Part shown: positions 37,604 to 40,432 of the stretch, piece by piece
Layout of the letters: the number at the start of each line of letters is the position of its first letter
How positions within the stretch are numbered: the stretch's first letter is position 1
Virus record (IMG/VR): IMGVR_UViG_3300024420_000006
Location: 1 to 40,432 of that record
Length of the DNA stretch: 40,432 nt
Direction: 5' to 3' (one strand)
Source of the DNA: a virus
Taxonomy: Duplodnaviria > Caudoviricetes
Translations under genes and position numbers: made by a program
Notes under the pieces: generated by a model
What the model was told of the DNA's origin: nothing
Database searches by the model: none
What the model saw: only the letters and a program-made list of their open reading frames with translations

Positions 37604-37681
37604 TAAATATAATAAAAATAATTGGGAAATAAAAATTTTTGGGAGACTTTTTTCTCTAAAAATGAAAAAAGTTATTAACAA
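37604..37681 (-). promoter_or_regulatory. Possible host-type (Bacteroidota -7-like) early promoter region of the sigma gene
   Basis: TATATTTA (compare TAnnTTTG) at 37604-37611, upstream T-tracts and TTGTTAATAAC at 37671-37681; I found no DAAAC-N17/18-TATAAW copy here. Confidence 0.4.
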
Positions 37682-37685
37682 TTTA

Positions 37686-37895
37686 CTAAAGATTACCTGG
37701 CTTTAGTTTATCATCTTCAATATCAGATATAAGAAATTTAATTCTTTCTTTTGCAATGTAAGGGGAATCTTCTTTTAATAAAGTTAAAATCTGATTAAGA
37801 TTTTTTAAAACTAACCTTTTACTTAATGTAGGATTTTTAACCTTTGGCGTAAAACCTGAATCTATCCAATCCTTTACAGTATCTCTAAAACTCAT
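37686..37895 (-). CDS. Hypothetical protein
   Basis: 69-aa ORF with its own promoter motif and an A-rich leader. Confidence 0.7.
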   Translation of the reverse strand: MSFRDTVKDWIDSGFTPKVKNPTLSKRLVLKNLNQILTLLKEDSPYIAKERIKFLISDIEDDKLKPGNL

Positions 37896-37907
37896 AACTT
37901 ATTTATT

Positions 37908-37936
37908 TTTATATTGATTATAAAAGGGTTTGTTTA
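37908..37936 (-). promoter_or_regulatory. Putative middle promoter TAAAC-N18-TATAAA
   Basis: Recurrent bipartite motif. Confidence 0.65.
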
Positions 37937-37985
37937 AAGTAATAATAAAATAATAGGTGAAACTAATAAAGTGAGTTTATCGCAC

Positions 37986-38276
37986 TTATTCTTGTTCTAT
38001 CTCAAGCTGTTTAATCCACTGAACCGCTCTTTGACATAATTCAAATTCTTCAGCTTTTTCAACTCTATGGAGATTAAGCTTTAATGCTTCTATATAGTTT
38101 TCTCTTTTTACTGTAATGTCCATATCAAGGTTATGTAATATACCTAGTGCTATTACATCTGCACCTTCATCTAAACCATTGCATATTCCTTCAACAATTG
38201 CTATACCAACTTCAGTGGCTTTTAAGCGAGCTTCTTCTTCAAGCTCTTCCATATTATTTGCATTAAATTCAAGCAT
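37986..38276 (-). CDS. Hypothetical protein with a C-terminal UVR-like motif
   Basis: KAEEFELCQRA helix pair. Confidence 0.65.
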   Translation of the reverse strand: MLEFNANNMEELEEEARLKATEVGIAIVEGICNGLDEGADVIALGILHNLDMDITVKRENYIEALKLNLHRVEKAEEFELCQRAVQWIKQLEIEQE

Positions 38277-38607
38277 TGATACCGTTCTTTATTTGTAGGC
38301 AAATGTGGCACTTTTCATATTCTTCATCTTCCTGGAAAACTTGAATCATATTGTCCAATAATGTATTTGCTTCTGATATGGAAACACTTTTTGTTTTTAC
38401 TAAAGACTTCACAGCAAGAACAGATTCTTCAATACTTAAATTATCAAAGTCACTGTAAAACTTTTCAGCTTGTCTCTTTGCCCATGTTTTTTGTTCTTCT
38501 TCCATATCTGCCATAGCATACATTTTGGCGATTTCATCCATTTCAATATCATGATCCTGTGGATTAAATCCATCTTCGGGATCTGAATTGTACCAATCGT
38601 TTTCCAT
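38269..38607 (-). CDS. Hypothetical acidic protein with a C-terminal UVR-like motif
   Basis: EDEEYEKCHICLQIK. Confidence 0.65.
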   Translation of the reverse strand: MENDWYNSDPEDGFNPQDHDIEMDEIAKMYAMADMEEEQKTWAKRQAEKFYSDFDNLSIEESVLAVKSLVKTKSVSISEANTLLDNMIQVFQEDEEYEKCHICLQIKNGINA

Positions 38608-38698
38608 ATTTGTTATTTTATTATTTATTTAATTATAACAAAACTAAAAAAGATCTGAAAGTTAATTCAAATCTTTTTTCTTAAATCTTTAAATTTAC

Positions 38699-39028
38699 TT
38701 ATTTCCAAAACTTTAATAAAGCTAATGCCATACCAAATAATGTTTGTACCACAATCCATACTGTTATAGCCTGTGTCTTAAATGTTTTTAAATCAGCAAC
38801 ATCTTTTACTGTTTGGTCTATCTGTGAGGGTGAGGCAACTTCATCAACTTCTTTTTTCCATCTCCAAAGTTCTTTTGCAAAATCTTCTTTAACTTTCATT
38901 TCTGCAATTTCTCTCTTAAGATCTTGAATCTCTGTATTTAAATTATTGATACCGTCATTCAATCTTTCTAATTCAGCTATAACTAATTTAGAATATTCAT
39001 TCCATCCATTTTGACTATTACTTGCCAT
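38699..39028 (-). CDS. Coiled-coil protein with a C-terminal transmembrane helix (holin/XhlA-like architecture)
   Basis: Coiled coil followed by AITVWIVVQTLFGMALALL and a basic tail. Confidence 0.6.
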   Translation of the reverse strand: MASNSQNGWNEYSKLVIAELERLNDGINNLNTEIQDLKREIAEMKVKEDFAKELWRWKKEVDEVASPSQIDQTVKDVADLKTFKTQAITVWIVVQTLFGMALALLKFWK

Positions 39029-39194
39029 CGCAAAGTTCTTTTATTTTTTTAATTTTTTGGTCAGAAGTCATCTTTTTACAATTCACTATAGACTTAACCT
39101 GTTTAAAGCTTGTCTTAAGTGAGACATCTCTATCAGCTAACCTTGAAGTTAAATCTTTTAGTTCTTGTATACAGGACGGTTTCTCCATTAACAT
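39018..39194 (-). CDS. Hypothetical small protein, 58 aa
   Basis: Hand translation MLMEKPSCIQELKDLTSRLADRDVSLKTSFKQVKSIVNCKKMTSDQKIKKIKELCDGK; it fills the gap and overlaps the next start. Confidence 0.6.
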   Translation of the reverse strand: MLMEKPSCIQELKDLTSRLADRDVSLKTSFKQVKSIVNCKKMTSDQKIKKIKELCDGK

Positions 39195-39200
39195 AATTAA

Positions 39201-39335
39201 TTATGGTTTATTTATTTCTTTAACATTTAAAGGCTTTGTAGTTGTTTGGCTTTTATTCCACATTTTTCTTAAAACCTCTTTAGTTTTTGATACCGGTTTT
39301 TGTTTAGGTACCTTTTTATTACACCCACATCCCAT
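39201..39335 (-). CDS. Small basic protein starting MGCGC, 44 aa
   Basis: Hand translation MGCGCNKKVPKQKPVSKTKEVLRKMWNKSQTTTKPLNVKEINKP; tightly packed between its neighbours. Confidence 0.65.
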   Translation of the reverse strand: MGCGCNKKVPKQKPVSKTKEVLRKMWNKSQTTTKPLNVKEINKP

Positions 39336-39338
39336 TGT

Positions 39339-39542
39339 TTACCATTTATTTTTAGGGCAGCTTTCAGTTGACCATTGCGCCTTTTTACTTAGATAACATC
39401 CACAAATGCAACATTTCTTACCACACCTATCTTTACAATTAGAACAAATTTCTAATCTTAAATCATATTCTCTCTGCTCTACTTGACTACCTATAAAGAT
39501 ATATTTTATTAGAGCTTTTATAAATCTAAATATTCTCATCAT
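39339..39542 (-). CDS. Small Cys-rich, probably metal-binding protein (DUF6171-like)
   Basis: RLEICSNC...CCICGCYL..K......CPKNKW. Start moved to 39542, just after the upstream stop. Confidence 0.7.
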   Translation of the reverse strand: MMRIFRFIKALIKYIFIGSQVEQREYDLRLEICSNCKDRCGKKCCICGCYLSKKAQWSTESCPKNKW

Positions 39543-39543
39543 T

Positions 39544-40431
39544 TTAAGTATCCCAGGCCATGCCATAAGTAACGAATGCATATCCTATACCAACGGAATT
39601 TGTAATTTCTAAAGTCAATACTACATAAATATCACAATCACCGTCCCATTTAGTAGGCTGCACAAAAAGATTACCACAATAGCCCATAACTCTTTCTGAT
39701 GAACTTATAGTAAATGATGCTGTGGCATCAATACTACATGGTGCCTGTGTACCATCACCTGTATAACATTGATATGCAGTTGCAGTTATTCTACCTTGAA
39801 AAGAAGATTCAACTCCTTTTTGAACCTCAGTACCTATTGATATACATATATCAATTCCATCTTTAGGGTTAGGATCACCATCAATTACAATTTTATGACC
39901 GAATGATGCTAAATCCCATGCTGAAAGATTTCTACCTGCTGCCTGGACAGTATCTGGTGTCCAAATCTGAGAAGCCCATCCACCAGCATTAGATTGACCA
40001 ACTTGTCTACCACCGTTAAAGAAGTCATTTCTCGCCGGGCCTTCTAATGTAAATTGATTTGCTAAGAGACCTCTTCTAGAAGTGCTACCACCATCAGTAC
40101 CTGAAGTTCCTTGCGTTCCTGTAGTTCCTTGTGGTCCTTGTGTACCTGTTCCTGTAGTTCCTTGTGGTCCTTGAACAGTTGATGCATTACCTTTTTGACC
40201 TTGTGGTCCTTGTGGACCTTGAACGGTTGATGCATTACCGGTGGTTCCTTGTGGTCCTTGAACGGTTGATGCATTACCAGTAGTTCCTTGTGGTCCTTGA
40301 ACAGTTGATGCATTACCAGTGGTTCCTTGTGGACCTTGTACCGTTGATGCATTACCAGTGGTTCCTTGTGGTCCTTGAACAGTTGATGCATTACCAGTGG
40401 TTCCTTGTGGACCTTGTACCGTTGATGCATT
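39544..40431 (-). CDS. Collagen-like fibre protein, C-terminal part (5' end outside the window)
   Basis: Not in the ORF track. The frame is open from the window end: (NASTVQGPQGTTG)n, then a Cys-containing beta-rich domain ending GYAFVTYGMAWDT-stop. Confidence 0.85.
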   Translation of the reverse strand, partial: NASTVQGPQGTTGNASTVQGPQGTTGNASTVQGPQGTTGNASTVQGPQGTTGNASTVQGPQGTTGNASTVQGPQGPQGQKGNASTVQGPQGTTGTGTQGPQGTTGTQGTSGTDGGSTSRRGLLANQFTLEGPARNDFFNGGRQVGQSNAGGWASQIWTPDTVQAAGRNLSAWDLASFGHKIVIDGDPNPKDGIDICISIGTEVQKGVESSFQGRITATAYQCYTGDGTQAPCSIDATASFTISSSERVMGYCGNLFVQPTKWDGDCDIYVVLTLEITNSVGIGYAFVTYGMAWDT

Positions 40432-40432
40432 A
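40100..40432 (-). repeat. 39-bp tandem repeat encoding GNASTVQGPQGTT
   Basis: gttgatgcatta recurs at 40178, 40226, 40265, 40304, 40343, 40382 and 40421; unit differences are mainly at synonymous sites. Confidence 0.92.

Noticed and set aside
37577-37985. tRNA or structured ncRNA in the larger intergenic gaps
   Set aside because: The gaps are short and AT-rich with no cloverleaf or T-loop motif; I saw no RNA genes in the window.
1644-39396. All plus-strand ORFs in the track (e.g. 1644-1919, 2247-2540, 12812-13114, 23002-23310, 39022-39396)
   Set aside because: They are short antisense shadows of well-supported minus-strand genes, with no motifs or leaders.
40062-40430. 122-aa MHQRYKVHKEPLV repeat ORF
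   Set aside because: It is a wrong-frame reading of the 39-bp repeat. The Gly-X-Y frame is open to 39544 and unit variation is mainly synonymous in that frame.
40100-40432. Possible CRISPR array
   Set aside because: The repeats are directly tandem with no unique spacers and encode a collagen-like peptide.
1-40432. Stop-codon reassignment as in some large Bacteroidota phages
   Set aside because: Genes are full length in code 11, and both TAG (16693, 18692, 37686) and TGA (23961, 26470, 30028, 37004) act as stops at natural gene ends.
1-40432. Apparent CpG scarcity as evidence for methylation
   Set aside because: It is only a by-eye impression and could be explained by AT-rich codon bias (AGA for Arg); it needs a codon-corrected dinucleotide count.

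Overview
This is a 40.4-kb segment of an AT-rich, T4-like large myophage genome, with essentially all real genes on the minus strand in standard code 11. The host is probably a Bacteroidota bacterium, judging from A-rich leaders without Shine-Dalgarno sites, an Hc1-like gene and a DUF2452-like gene. In transcription order (right to left) it begins with the end of a collagen-like fibre gene, small Cys-rich and membrane genes, a minimal sigma-70 factor, a NEIL1-type DNA glycosylase and a gp56-like dCTPase/dUTPase. Next come the N-half of a split family-B DNA polymerase, nrdB/nrdA, a sugar operon (KdsA, NUDIX, PglF/PglD/PglE-like, GT2) and an Hc1-like gene. A 7-gene operon follows that looks like a DNA hypermodification system: HAD phosphatase, kinase, nucleotidyltransferase, T4 BGT-like DNA glycosyltransferase, epimerase, an atypical C5-cytosine methyltransferase with degenerate SAM motifs, and a GT-A glycosyltransferase. 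The rest is a probable clamp, the polymerase C-half (about 15.9 kb from the N-half), UvsX, helicase, gp47/gp46, gp15, gp55, gp4, gp2, portal and a prohead protease-scaffold fusion. Two recurrent promoter-like motifs are visible: DAAAC-N17/18-TATAAW (10 copies) and AATATATAAA (4 exact copies). All homology calls come from motif recognition by eye, not database searches.
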